Shown here one piece after another: positions 12,903-21,987 of a DNA stretch of 64,000 bases. Made by a program: the position numbers and the translations under genes. The notes beneath the pieces are model-generated. The model worked only from the letters and a program-made list of their open reading frames with translations, was not told the origin of the DNA and did no database searches. Each line of letters starts with the position of its first letter. Position 1 is the first letter of the stretch. The stretch is from the IMG/VR virus record IMGVR_UViG_3300000973_000003, positions 793 to 64,792 of that record, one strand, 5' to 3'. The DNA is from a virus (lineage: Duplodnaviria > Caudoviricetes).

Positions 12903-13178
12903 TTAGGGGTTTCCCATGCTCATTCCAACGGCCATGTCTGCTGACGAAGCTGCATCATCCCCACCTGTCCAGACTCGGATAGACTCACCATCTTTGACGG
13001 GGATGTAGTGAGTATTGTTGTTGATGTACGCATTAGCAGTACGGTAAGCAATCATTTGTTGCTTAATCACGCCAGCGATAGGAAACCAAAGGACTGCAAA
13101 CATGAGCAAGATACCTATGTCACCACTTAAACATGAGAGAGTCAATCCTATTCCTGTGATCCAATTCGTCAAAGCCAA
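12903..13178 (-). CDS. Small membrane protein
   Basis: Hydrophobic N-terminus (GIGLTLSCLSGDIGILLMFAVLWFPIAGVI). Confidence 0.55.
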   Translation of the reverse strand: MALTNWITGIGLTLSCLSGDIGILLMFAVLWFPIAGVIKQQMIAYRTANAYINNNTHYIPVKDGESIRVWTGGDDAASSADMAVGMSMGNP

Positions 13179-13837
13179 TCTAACACCGCCTGTTTTGTTT
13201 TCTTAACGCCCTTCGGGAGAGCTTGAATATCAACGGTACGAACTTTGTTTGCTACGTCTGGTGCTAATCGAATGAGGTCTTCTGTATATAGATCGGACAA
13301 GCGAAAGCCATGAGGCACTTCGTAGTCCTCCTTCTTCGGCTTGAGTCTGCGACTCGGTTTGTTGGGGTTGATTGAGTAAGTAAAGACTGCGTGAGCGTAC
13401 TCATCGGGCAAGGTGAACGATACCTTAGCGAGCCTTCGAGCAGTTGTTATGTCGTCTGGATGAGCGTTGCGCCATACTGCTAAGGCAAGAGGCACAGGCA
13501 ATTGACGAATTAGCTTTGAAGCTGCCTTTCTATCACGCCAGCGCATCATAGCACCGATGGCTGGTTGTATTGGATCAGGCCTGGCTTTGAGAGAGTCATG
13601 CACCACTACGAAGTCCTCCGACTTCTTGGTGAGCTTCGGCTTCTTGTCAAGCACGATAACAAGACGATACGCTACAATGCTCGCCCATTCGAGTATGTCT
13701 TCTTCGGTGAACTTGCGAGTATGCAGAATGTAGGTCGTTCCAGGAGCTGAAGGAATGCAAGTCATTTCACGGTGCATAACGATGTAGTCTCCTACTCGGA
13801 ACTCCGAATCATCACCTGCGAGGATCACTATACCCAT
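13169..13837 (-). CDS. Hypothetical protein, possibly an ATPase-less RFC large-subunit relative
   Basis: Helical collar-like region and a PIP-box-like end KQAVLDWL; no Walker motifs. The ORF is likely real; the function is speculative. Confidence 0.4.
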   Translation of the reverse strand: MGIVILAGDDSEFRVGDYIVMHREMTCIPSAPGTTYILHTRKFTEEDILEWASIVAYRLVIVLDKKPKLTKKSEDFVVVHDSLKARPDPIQPAIGAMMRWRDRKAASKLIRQLPVPLALAVWRNAHPDDITTARRLAKVSFTLPDEYAHAVFTYSINPNKPSRRLKPKKEDYEVPHGFRLSDLYTEDLIRLAPDVANKVRTVDIQALPKGVKKTKQAVLDWL

Positions 13838-14121
13838 TCAGCAAGCCTCCAGACTTTGACGTAGTAGTAGCAAGGTGCAGGTAAGTATTCATCACCAATA
13901 TGCAAGAACTCTGGCATCTTGCCGAGAAGGTTGTTGCATCTCCCTTTGGTGCATCCGTAAGGCAACCCAGATCGTTTCCTATCGTTGAGGTATTCGTGAA
14001 TGGTCGGTGTTGATGCTTCGCCTTCTTCTCGAAGGAACTTTATGATTGCAGTCGAAGTCCTTATCTGCCTGTTTCCGAGAACTCGTTTTGGCACTTTATC
14101 ATCCCCAGGGGTCGTCGGCAT
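13828..14121 (-). CDS. Small winged-HTH protein
   Basis: TAIIKFLREEGEASTPTIHEYL...CNNLLGKMPEF. Confidence 0.55.
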   Translation of the reverse strand: MPTTPGDDKVPKRVLGNRQIRTSTAIIKFLREEGEASTPTIHEYLNDRKRSGLPYGCTKGRCNNLLGKMPEFLHIGDEYLPAPCYYYVKVWRLAEWV

Positions 14122-14347
14122 AGATGTGATTTCGCAGTCTGTTATATTGATGTGCCGATAATCCCCAGACTTCACGAATCACTTTGGCTTGGATAATATA
14201 AACACCATGAATCCAACGCAGACCTTCTGCGGTGATAGCACAATACAAACCATCTTCTTTCATGGCTTTGATTAAACGAGGGAACTCCGACTCTTTGATG
14301 GGTCGGTTTCCTAAGACTCTCTGTGATCCACTACGCCATACCTTCAT
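14099..14347 (-). CDS. Hypothetical protein
   Basis: ATGA overlap at 14344-14347. Confidence 0.5.
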   Translation of the reverse strand: MKVWRSGSQRVLGNRPIKESEFPRLIKAMKEDGLYCAITAEGLRWIHGVYIIQAKVIREVWGLSAHQYNRLRNHIYADDPWG

Positions 14348-14556
14348 TTCAAACACCACTCCTGGTTGCTCTTACTGCCTCTCTTGCCGAACTCTGGCGA
14401 CATTGACAACATACTACACATGGCTGGCTTTGATGGACCACGTCTAAACGCCCCTTTCAAAAAGGTATAGACTTGATCCGTAGTGTACCACGAATCCCTT
14501 TTCATCCATTCTATTGTTGCCTTACGGAACTTAGGGAGTATGCCGTCTTTACCCAT
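14344..14556 (-). CDS. Small winged-HTH protein
   Basis: RKATIEWMKRDSWYTTDQVYTFL...PSKPAMCSMLSMSPEF. Confidence 0.55.
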   Translation of the reverse strand: MGKDGILPKFRKATIEWMKRDSWYTTDQVYTFLKGAFRRGPSKPAMCSMLSMSPEFGKRGSKSNQEWCLK

Positions 14557-14558
14557 GT

Positions 14559-15095
14559 TCAGTCCTCCATTTCTATGATGTGTGTTGGTGTTTTGAGCGT
14601 AGCCATTTGTAGTTCGATTTGATTCAGCAAGTGAGGTTGAGAACCCAAGACATTGACGAGGATGCGAGCCATAGCTGCCTCTCGCTGGTCTTGTAAGAAC
14701 AGTTGAGAATCAACACCAATCTCCTTCTTCAGCGTACCAACCAGCTTCAAGGACTTGTTGCACTCACTTACCAGACGGGTTGCATTCTGTACCCATTCGC
14801 CTGTGATTCCCTCCATGTCCTTCTGATCTTCGAGTTCGTCAAGCCATCCCATCATACGTTGAAGCAACGACTCTGCGGTGTTAAGCGTATCAATTGATTC
14901 AGTCCTTACCGCTTCAATATGTGCAGCTTCTTCTGGTGTGTAGTCCAGGTGTAAGTCCATGTGCTCGGCTACTGTGCCGACAGGCCAACCTTGTTTTGTT
15001 TCGACATGGGTATGAGTTATCTCACCACGATGTAGCCTCATCTCAAGGCTACGCTTTAGTCGATCTTCAAGCTCACAGAAAGGACAGTCGTTCAT
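14559..15095 (-). CDS. CxxC/HxxH Zn-HTH plus coiled-coil protein, possible terminase small subunit
   Basis: CPFC...RLHRG...VAEHMDLH followed by a long amphipathic helical region. Confidence 0.4.
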   Translation of the reverse strand: MNDCPFCELEDRLKRSLEMRLHRGEITHTHVETKQGWPVGTVAEHMDLHLDYTPEEAAHIEAVRTESIDTLNTAESLLQRMMGWLDELEDQKDMEGITGEWVQNATRLVSECNKSLKLVGTLKKEIGVDSQLFLQDQREAAMARILVNVLGSQPHLLNQIELQMATLKTPTHIIEMED

Positions 15096-15316
15096 TGTTC
15101 AAACACCCCATGTAATATCACGCAAGGAATAGGAAATCTCTTGCTGGATTGTATCAGTATGCTGCGTTCTATATTTCTTTCATTGATGTACTCATCAAGC
15201 AATCGAAGCATTGAACCTAACTTTGACCTGGTATCGGGAAAGAATTGTATTGTAAGTCCTAACTCACTTGCTTTAGGGTGGACTACAATTGAACCGTATT
15301 CGCTAAAGTCAATCAT
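15092..15316 (-). CDS. Hypothetical protein
   Basis: Coupled between the MCM-like gene and the 14559 gene. Confidence 0.5.
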   Translation of the reverse strand: MIDFSEYGSIVVHPKASELGLTIQFFPDTRSKLGSMLRLLDEYINERNIERSILIQSSKRFPIPCVILHGVFEQ

Positions 15317-16628
15317 CTGATCCACCCCATGCTAAAGGCTGGCGTTCTTCACCGATCTTGAATGCACCGATACGACAGATGATACCCTTACGACCACGAC
15401 CTGTCTTCTCTGGCTTATACTCCATGTACCAATCTTGAGGTTCAAGGTTCTCATCAACCCAACGCTTTGCAGCTTGATAATCACCATTGGTTATCATGCG
15501 TGAAATCTCTTTGAGTAGGTTGCTCTTGCTTAGGTCTTGACCCCAATAGGTGTCCTTGATGAGTCGAAGGTTCGCATCCATGACGTTGCGCCTCATGCGT
15601 AGCGAATCGTTAAGCATAGCCTCAAGCTTTTGCGACCACGCCACATGGAGAACCCCACCTTGCCATTGAGGTTGCATCATAGCGAATCCGATAGCAAGGC
15701 GACGGAACAGATCAGACTCAAAGTTTCTTACTGCAGGTTGTTGAATCCATTCGTCTAACTCATCATCGAATATCACACCGCTAATCGGCTTCTCCATCAC
15801 GTCTTGTTGTCGCTTGAGTAGCCATTCTTTGATAATCATAGCCCTTCGAGCGAGGTCAGCCCTCTCGTCGGACTTCATTCGTGCCTGTGCTGATTGAGCT
15901 TTTTTGTAGGCAAGTTCCTTCTCTTTGCTCATGCCAATTTGAATGATGAAGAAGCGACGGTCAAGACCAGACTCAAGCTCCAGACGAGCAGGTTGTGTAC
16001 CTCCCCAGATCGTGTAGCGAGTATTGTAGGAAACCCAACCATTACGCATGACTTTACGGAAACGCCCAGAGTCAGTAGTGGTAAGCAAGCCGTTCACCAT
16101 GTCTGTCGAATGGTCTTTACGGTTGCTGATCCACAAGCTGCTCATCTCTTCAAATGCGAGGAAACCACCACACATCTCTCTTGCCAGGGGTCGGCCAACA
16201 ATGATGCCGTCTTCATCAACAGAGCCAAACATACCAGCCTCGGTGATAGATGCTGGTCCCATCATGGTGTTGAGTCCTACGCCAGCATGAGCCTGGGATG
16301 AATGAAGAAGTCCTGTTCCTTCAGCGAGGAACAAATCAATGAGAGCGTTCTTACCCGAACCCTTCTCACCCTCCATGAGAATGTGAATCCTGGTGTCTGG
16401 TATGTGAGACATTGGGGTATAGAACGGCATTCGATTATGTCGAAGAGGGCAAAGGTCAATGGTGAAATGAGCTTCTGGGTCTGCTGGATCAAAGTCGCAG
16501 CGAGCACATTTGTTTGACGTATTGAATAGGTGTGCGCCAATAGAGCAGACAAAGATAGGTACTTTGTCCTCAATATCAACATAGTGATTGTCAAGTGCGA
16601 ACTCTGTTATCGCTCGAATAATGTTCAT
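15309..16628 (-). CDS. mcm: MCM-family AAA+ helicase lacking the N-terminal tier
   Basis: RIHILMEGEKGSGKN Walker A, ASITEAGMFGS, GGFLAFEEMS Walker B, and LDRRFF arginine finger. Confidence 0.75.
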   Translation of the reverse strand: MNIIRAITEFALDNHYVDIEDKVPIFVCSIGAHLFNTSNKCARCDFDPADPEAHFTIDLCPLRHNRMPFYTPMSHIPDTRIHILMEGEKGSGKNALIDLFLAEGTGLLHSSQAHAGVGLNTMMGPASITEAGMFGSVDEDGIIVGRPLAREMCGGFLAFEEMSSLWISNRKDHSTDMVNGLLTTTDSGRFRKVMRNGWVSYNTRYTIWGGTQPARLELESGLDRRFFIIQIGMSKEKELAYKKAQSAQARMKSDERADLARRAMIIKEWLLKRQQDVMEKPISGVIFDDELDEWIQQPAVRNFESDLFRRLAIGFAMMQPQWQGGVLHVAWSQKLEAMLNDSLRMRRNVMDANLRLIKDTYWGQDLSKSNLLKEISRMITNGDYQAAKRWVDENLEPQDWYMEYKPEKTGRGRKGIICRIGAFKIGEERQPLAWGGSDD

Positions 16629-16999
16629 GGTCGGTTGCCTCCGTTCATCGGAGATACAACCACTTGATAAGGATTCTTACAATTGCCCTTACATTTGTTA
16701 GCATTGATATATCGCACACTACTATGGGAATATGTCCGAGTAGATCGAACAAGCTGATTTATTCTTTTTCTTCTTTCAGTATTCCCAGAAAGAATAAATT
16801 GCAGAGCAGTAGCGCGGTTTCGACTAATTGTTTTATTTCGTGTATAGGTGTTAGTAGTTATACTGTTAATAGATAGATAAGGGAGAGATAGGTGAGTCCA
16901 CACCTTAACATCTCTTTGAAGAAATAAAAGAATTAGTTGATCCATAGCGCAGCACCTCGGTTTTATTCTTTCAATGAGAACTGAAAGAATTAGAAACAA
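16629..16999. other. AT-rich intergenic region with inverted repeats, candidate replication origin
   Basis: ATTTATTCTTT 16757-16767 pairs with AAAGAATAAAT 16789-16799; ATTCTTTCA pairs with TGAAAGAAT near 16965-16990; late-type promoter motif at 16704-16716. Confidence 0.45.
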
Positions 17000-17821
17000 T
17001 TAACCTTCATGCCCTCGCATGAATAACTCGAACTCTTTCATCATCCTCTCGGAGCTCCTGTCATACACCCAATTCTGCTTTACTGAAGGGGGGTACAGGC
17101 GACCTTCTGCCTTCTTCGTAGCGAGTAGGTGCTTGTCAATAACGGAGGCCAAACCAGACGGCCAGCCAACACCTTTCTTGATGGTATCTGTTGGGAGAGG
17201 TCGCACATTGTCGCCATGTTCATTCTTGAATACTGCACCGACAATCAGCTGCGTATCAAGATCGTGAATATGTATGCACCCGTTGATGAGTACGCAAGGA
17301 ACTTCGTGGTTGCCTTTGCTATCAATCCATGTACCAGGAATAACCAAACCGTTGTATCGGTCAGCTATTTGCACACAGTCTGGAGCTTTGAGTCCAGAGT
17401 TAGCCGTGATAATGACTGCACCTGGATGCGCCCATTGACCCTCAACGGTTGAGTATGGGTCTTCAATCTGTCCGAGCATGATTGAAATATAGGGAGTATT
17501 CGATTCATCGAAGAATGAGTTGAGGTCATGTAAGAACTCGTTTGAATCAGCCTGTAAGAAATTGTTCACAGGAGTTCGGGGCAACTTATCGTAGGGAAAC
17601 AATGCGTCAAGCAAAGCCCAGAACATTTTTCGCCCGTTCACCATCACTTCACGATCTTTAACCATCAATCGAAGGAACGGTTCTTGAACTCTGTTCTTGA
17701 ACTTGTTGAGCTGGGTGGGATTGATTCTCTCACATGAGAGGTCTTTGGGTTGAACGTGTAGCCAATCACCAACTTCAATCATTCCTCTTCGCCTCCCTCT
17801 GGATAACCACAGTTCGGGCAA
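17000..17821 (-). CDS. Hypothetical protein (273 aa)
   Basis: Long ORF in the operon orientation; no recognised motif. Confidence 0.7.
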   Translation of the reverse strand: MPELWLSRGRRRGMIEVGDWLHVQPKDLSCERINPTQLNKFKNRVQEPFLRLMVKDREVMVNGRKMFWALLDALFPYDKLPRTPVNNFLQADSNEFLHDLNSFFDESNTPYISIMLGQIEDPYSTVEGQWAHPGAVIITANSGLKAPDCVQIADRYNGLVIPGTWIDSKGNHEVPCVLINGCIHIHDLDTQLIVGAVFKNEHGDNVRPLPTDTIKKGVGWPSGLASVIDKHLLATKKAEGRLYPPSVKQNWVYDRSSERMMKEFELFMRGHEG

Positions 17822-17858
17822 TATGGATCACCGCATGAACACCTATCATTTCTCGGTA

Positions 17859-18044
17859 TCATTGTGAATCCTCCAGGTGTCGCTTCGTTGTTTCGCTCGC
17901 TTGAATCATGGCTGGTAGCATGGTGAATCGTGCGAAGATATGACCGCAGGTTAAGCTTGGACCGATTTCAATTTCAACTTCTTCGCCAATGTTTTCTTCA
18001 ATCCAATTTGCACCTTCGCAAAGGTGACAGGCAGCATGACTCAT
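17859..18044 (-). CDS. Small Zn-ribbon protein
   Basis: CHLC...CGH; ATGA overlap. Confidence 0.5.
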   Translation of the reverse strand: MSHAACHLCEGANWIEENIGEEVEIEIGPSLTCGHIFARFTMLPAMIQASETTKRHLEDSQ

Positions 18045-18433
18045 TCTGCCTCAACCTCCGCTAAGAGATTAAGAAGTACGGCTATTTTTTGCATTTTGTC
18101 TAAGTCCTCCATCTGGGCGTAAGCTGCGAACTCAACATAGCGAGGGCATGAATGATTTTCGTCGTTTGATCCATACTCTTCACGGTTGCACCAGCAACAT
18201 TCGAGTTCTGGGGGGCAGGGGTCGGAAACATACCCGACCAAAGGAGAAACGACCCCCGCCTTGAATGAAACAGAGTCGGTGAACTTTTCAAGGTATGCAC
18301 TACGCATGGTGCGTAGGTGATAGCCTACGTTCTGGTGATTCTTGTCACCGAGAGCAATTGCTATGTCTTTCTGCTGAAGCCCATGACTTCGTAGGTATCG
18401 TATCATCATTTTCTTTTGTTTAGTGTTCATCAT
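18041..18433 (-). CDS. HTH DNA-binding protein
   Basis: YLRSHGLQQKDIAIALGDKNHQNVGYHL. Confidence 0.7.
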   Translation of the reverse strand: MMNTKQKKMMIRYLRSHGLQQKDIAIALGDKNHQNVGYHLRTMRSAYLEKFTDSVSFKAGVVSPLVGYVSDPCPPELECCWCNREEYGSNDENHSCPRYVEFAAYAQMEDLDKMQKIAVLLNLLAEVEAE

Positions 18434-19221
18434 AACCACTCCGATTTATCCCCATCCAGAACTGATTGAGCAACCTCTTCGGACAGCTCATGAGCCACGA
18501 CAGATCGAAGGGCGTTGCCCTTGATGCCTTGCGTTCCTGTGCTCATGCCTCTTCGAGCAACGATATGACAGGGGTTGCCTTCGTTGTCTTTAACGAACTC
18601 TCGCCCGTCTGGGAGTATGATAGTGCCGACCCTGTTTGAACGGTTCTTGCATTCGGGGCGGGGTCGCCAGGAGTCGGGGAACTTACCCCATAGGTCAGTA
18701 GGTTTCATTCGATCTTCACCATACTTGCAGTAAGTAATTTTGTGGTGTTGTAAGTGATCCAATAGTGGTAGCTTGCGAAGGATGCCGACAGGGTTCTCAA
18801 TCCAATAGTATTCGGGGTTGAGCCATTCGATAACCTTCAATGTATGCTCAACCAGCTGCACCGCTAACCGCCCTTTGTCGCTCTTAGGTGTGCGTGTACC
18901 GTCTGGTGCTGGTGCATTCCAATGGTGGCCGCATGACGCAACCGAGAAGCCTGTGCAGGGTGGAGAAGCCCACACCACTTTGACAAGACCATGACGTTTG
19001 ATGAGTTCCTTGCACCACTCTTCGTCAATGTCAAGAATTGATATGACATGATCTTCAATGTAGTGGTGTAGTTGCCTGGCTTCTTCATTGACCTTGCCGT
19101 TCATCTCAACTCCGATAACTCGAAAGCCCAACTTCACGAAGCCTGATCCACCGCCACGCAGACCGCTAAACAAATCAATGCAAAGGTCGCCTGTGGTTTC
19201 TGGTTCAAACGGATAACTCAT
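18430..19221 (-). CDS. Short C5-cytosine methyltransferase-like protein
   Basis: IDLFSG (motif I), WASPPCTGFS (IV), IENPVG (VI), YCKYG...KPTDLWG. Confidence 0.85.
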   Translation of the reverse strand: MSYPFEPETTGDLCIDLFSGLRGGGSGFVKLGFRVIGVEMNGKVNEEARQLHHYIEDHVISILDIDEEWCKELIKRHGLVKVVWASPPCTGFSVASCGHHWNAPAPDGTRTPKSDKGRLAVQLVEHTLKVIEWLNPEYYWIENPVGILRKLPLLDHLQHHKITYCKYGEDRMKPTDLWGKFPDSWRPRPECKNRSNRVGTIILPDGREFVKDNEGNPCHIVARRGMSTGTQGIKGNALRSVVAHELSEEVAQSVLDGDKSEWL

Positions 19222-20156
19222 TCAAACCCCTCCGTTCTTCTCTCGCTTCAGCTCCCTGTTGGCGCAGTCGTCAATCAAGAAGTTCAGCTTTTTGCGTCTG
19301 GTATCGTCAATGCTACACCAGAGAATGAACGGGCTTGTTCCCCATGTTCGGTAGTAGCCTTTGACGTATTCATCGGTATGGTGTGCTTCGGGGAAAAGCT
19401 CACGCTTGAACATATCAAAGTCCATTTCATTGTAAAGCAATCGAATGCCTTTCATGACTTCATCAGCCGAGAAGTAAAGTGTATCAGTCATTCATCCCAC
19501 TCTCCAATCATTTCAAGAATATGGCGGTGAACACTTGGTTGGTCGTTGAGGTATTCAATAACCAATCTCAATTTTTCTTTGGTGCTCTCCTGATCCTCCA
19601 TGCTTGCTCGAAGCTGCGCCATGAAGCCGTCATAGTCAAGGTCGCTTTTCATCTCAAGAATGAACTCTCTTTCGTCGCCACAGGCGCAACCCTCATAGGG
19701 CAACATTTGAACTTGAATAATATATTCATTCGTCATTCAAACACCTCCGTGATCCACGCCATGAGAACAGGTAAGCCGACCATGTAGGCCAAAAGGAATG
19801 CAAACCACATGACGTTCATTCAGCTGCCTCCTTTGCTTGAAGGGTCTTTTGCCAGAGGGTCAAGTTCATTTGAGGCTTGCCGTCTGTGTATTCCCAGAAG
19901 ATGTACTCTTCTGTTTCTTCAACGATAACGAGATCGAAGTCTTTGCTCATGCAATCAGCTCCTTAGCGAATGCGATAGAATCCGAGAAGTCGAACGGATG
20001 ATTGTTATGCTTCTCCAGGGTCTTGATGATTGTTTTAACATGGTCGAAGTTGTATTGATCTTCATCGTAGTCCTCGTCAGCGAGGCTTTGAACCTGATCT
20101 AATTGAAGTCTTTGAAGGTCTTCAACGATACCCATAAGGTCAGCAAGAGTAATCAT
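19222..20156 (-). CDS. Cluster of five short coupled early ORFs (19222-19491, 19488-19736, 19733-19819, 19816-19950, 19947-20156)
   Basis: Contiguous ATGA-type overlaps with GGAGGTG-like SD sites. Confidence 0.6.
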
Positions 20157-20827
20157 TCTTCTTCACTCTCCTGGTCTGTGGTGAGTAGTGAACGCATGAG
20201 GTCTGGGTCGCATTTAGCTTCACGCTCTGCACCCATGATAACCTCGCAGTCAATTTCAATGTCGCTCTCGGCAAAGCCAGCAGCTTTGAGAGCACGACGG
20301 ACATGACGAACAGTAGCAGAAACCCAATTGTCAATTGAAGGGTTCACTACATCGTCTTTGGACTTGCCTTCAACGGTGAGGATCAGAGAACGGAAGCTTC
20401 GGTCAAGTTCAACCTTGACGAGAGCTTTACCTGTAAGGTGGTTGAACTCTCGGTCTGTTGCAGCAGTCCACTCACCATCAAACACCGAGAATCGAATAGC
20501 GGATTTGATGTAAGGAACATCGGGAATGTAAGTCTTTTCTTCTTCAACGATACCCACGTCAATACCATGTGTTTCAGCCAGGGTAAGAACCCACTTGCGT
20601 TCTGCAGTAGTGAATGAAGAAGGTATCTCTTCGCCTTCAATGGAATAGGTTTTCATGGTAATTGTTGTTTCCTCGAAGTTGTCAGTTCGGCCAGACAAGT
20701 CCCACATGATACCTTCATCGGCCATGATAGACTTAGCGTTTGGATCATGAGTTCCTTGCATCAGTCCTCGTACTGTGACTGTCTTTCGGGCGTATCGGTT
20801 TGTTTCAATTTCTTTTTGGTCGGACAT
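20153..20827 (-). CDS. Hypothetical acidic protein
   Basis: GGAG SD and a promoter-like TCATAT-N5-ATAGT upstream. Confidence 0.7.
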   Translation of the reverse strand: MSDQKEIETNRYARKTVTVRGLMQGTHDPNAKSIMADEGIMWDLSGRTDNFEETTITMKTYSIEGEEIPSSFTTAERKWVLTLAETHGIDVGIVEEEKTYIPDVPYIKSAIRFSVFDGEWTAATDREFNHLTGKALVKVELDRSFRSLILTVEGKSKDDVVNPSIDNWVSATVRHVRRALKAAGFAESDIEIDCEVIMGAEREAKCDPDLMRSLLTTDQESEEE

Positions 20828-21046
20828 TTTAGTTCTCTCCTTCGGGTTGGTTGTTGCTTGCACTATCTCCTATATGAATGGTGCTATTGAATAGGTGTTG
20901 ATTTTCAACTATTTGCTTGTCAGTCATGACCTCGAAAGCGATTGAAAGCTGCGCCTCAAGCTCATGGATTTGTTTTTTGAGTTCATCGATCTTCGCATCA
21001 CGACCAGCGATAACCTCTTTCCAGAATGTGTTGCCAAGTTCTATAC

Positions 21047-21610
21047 TCATTGAAACACCTCGCATCCGTCGAGTTCTTCAGCACACCAACCATTTTCGGG
21101 AGGTGATAGCCATTCGCCTTCAATGTCTGGGGCAATCTCGCCCCCGCATTCGTCGCAGGTTCTCATCAATTGCCTTTCGATTTCAACGATCTTAACTTCA
21201 AGACCTTCAATGATTTCATCGTATTCGAGCGTCGGCATACCCAGATAAGGCTCTCGCTTTTCCAGGAGTTCAGTTCTCTGCTTGAGGAGCTTGCGTTGCT
21301 TGTCGTCTTTAACATCAACGATACACCAAGCGCAACACCATTCTTCAATGAACATTTCATCCATAATCGAATAGGTGTCCTCTAAGGAACTCCCCATGAA
21401 GTTCATTTTATCATCGGGAGAATATATCATGAAGTGCGGTACACGCTCCTCACACCTCTCGCAACAAACATTTTCAGCATCCAGATACTTGCTGATAATG
21501 AAATGATTTTGAGGGGTCAATACGACGTTTGGTTTCAACTCCTGGATGGCTCGCTCTTGAAGCTTGATTCGGTACGCTGGCGAAACCGTGTCCCATAATT
21601 CCTGATCCAT
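21047..21610 (-). CDS. Hypothetical protein with three CxxC pairs and a coiled coil
   Basis: CERC, CAWC, CDEC; GAGGTG-N5-ATGA junction. Confidence 0.7.
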   Translation of the reverse strand: MDQELWDTVSPAYRIKLQERAIQELKPNVVLTPQNHFIISKYLDAENVCCERCEERVPHFMIYSPDDKMNFMGSSLEDTYSIMDEMFIEEWCCAWCIVDVKDDKQRKLLKQRTELLEKREPYLGMPTLEYDEIIEGLEVKIVEIERQLMRTCDECGGEIAPDIEGEWLSPPENGWCAEELDGCEVFQ

Positions 21611-21747
21611 TTACTCACCATCCCTCATGTCAATGACCGCTTGAGCAGCTTTGTTGATAGCATCTTGAGCCATTGGATAGCGACTCTTCGGCATATCAAT
21701 GGTGCAAGACCAAGCTCCTAACTGCAATCGAACAGACCACACTTCAC

Positions 21748-21987
21748 TCATTCAAACACCACCTGTTCAAGAAAGAACTCGCCTTCGTTGGTTTCAAATT
21801 GATACAAGTCATGCGATTGAAGGAACTCTTTGATTGAGCAGTAATACGAGTTCTGTTCAAGGTGTTTCTTGATTTTACCTCGCAGGTATTTTTCAGCATC
21901 ACGGAAACGCTTGAAGAATGTGAGGGGCGGGGCATACTTTTGATTGTAGCCTGATCCAACCGTTTCAATAACAACCCAACGCTTCAT
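21748..21987 (-). CDS. Hypothetical protein
   Basis: ATGA overlaps at both ends. Confidence 0.6.
   Translation of the reverse strand: MKRWVVIETVGSGYNQKYAPPLTFFKRFRDAEKYLRGKIKKHLEQNSYYCSIKEFLQSHDLYQFETNEGEFFLEQVVFE

Noticed and set aside
16625-16999. 124-aa minus-strand ORF and 70-aa plus-strand ORF in the AT-rich gap
   Set aside because: Composition unlike neighbouring genes, no SD, and overlap with the inverted repeats; treated as non-coding.
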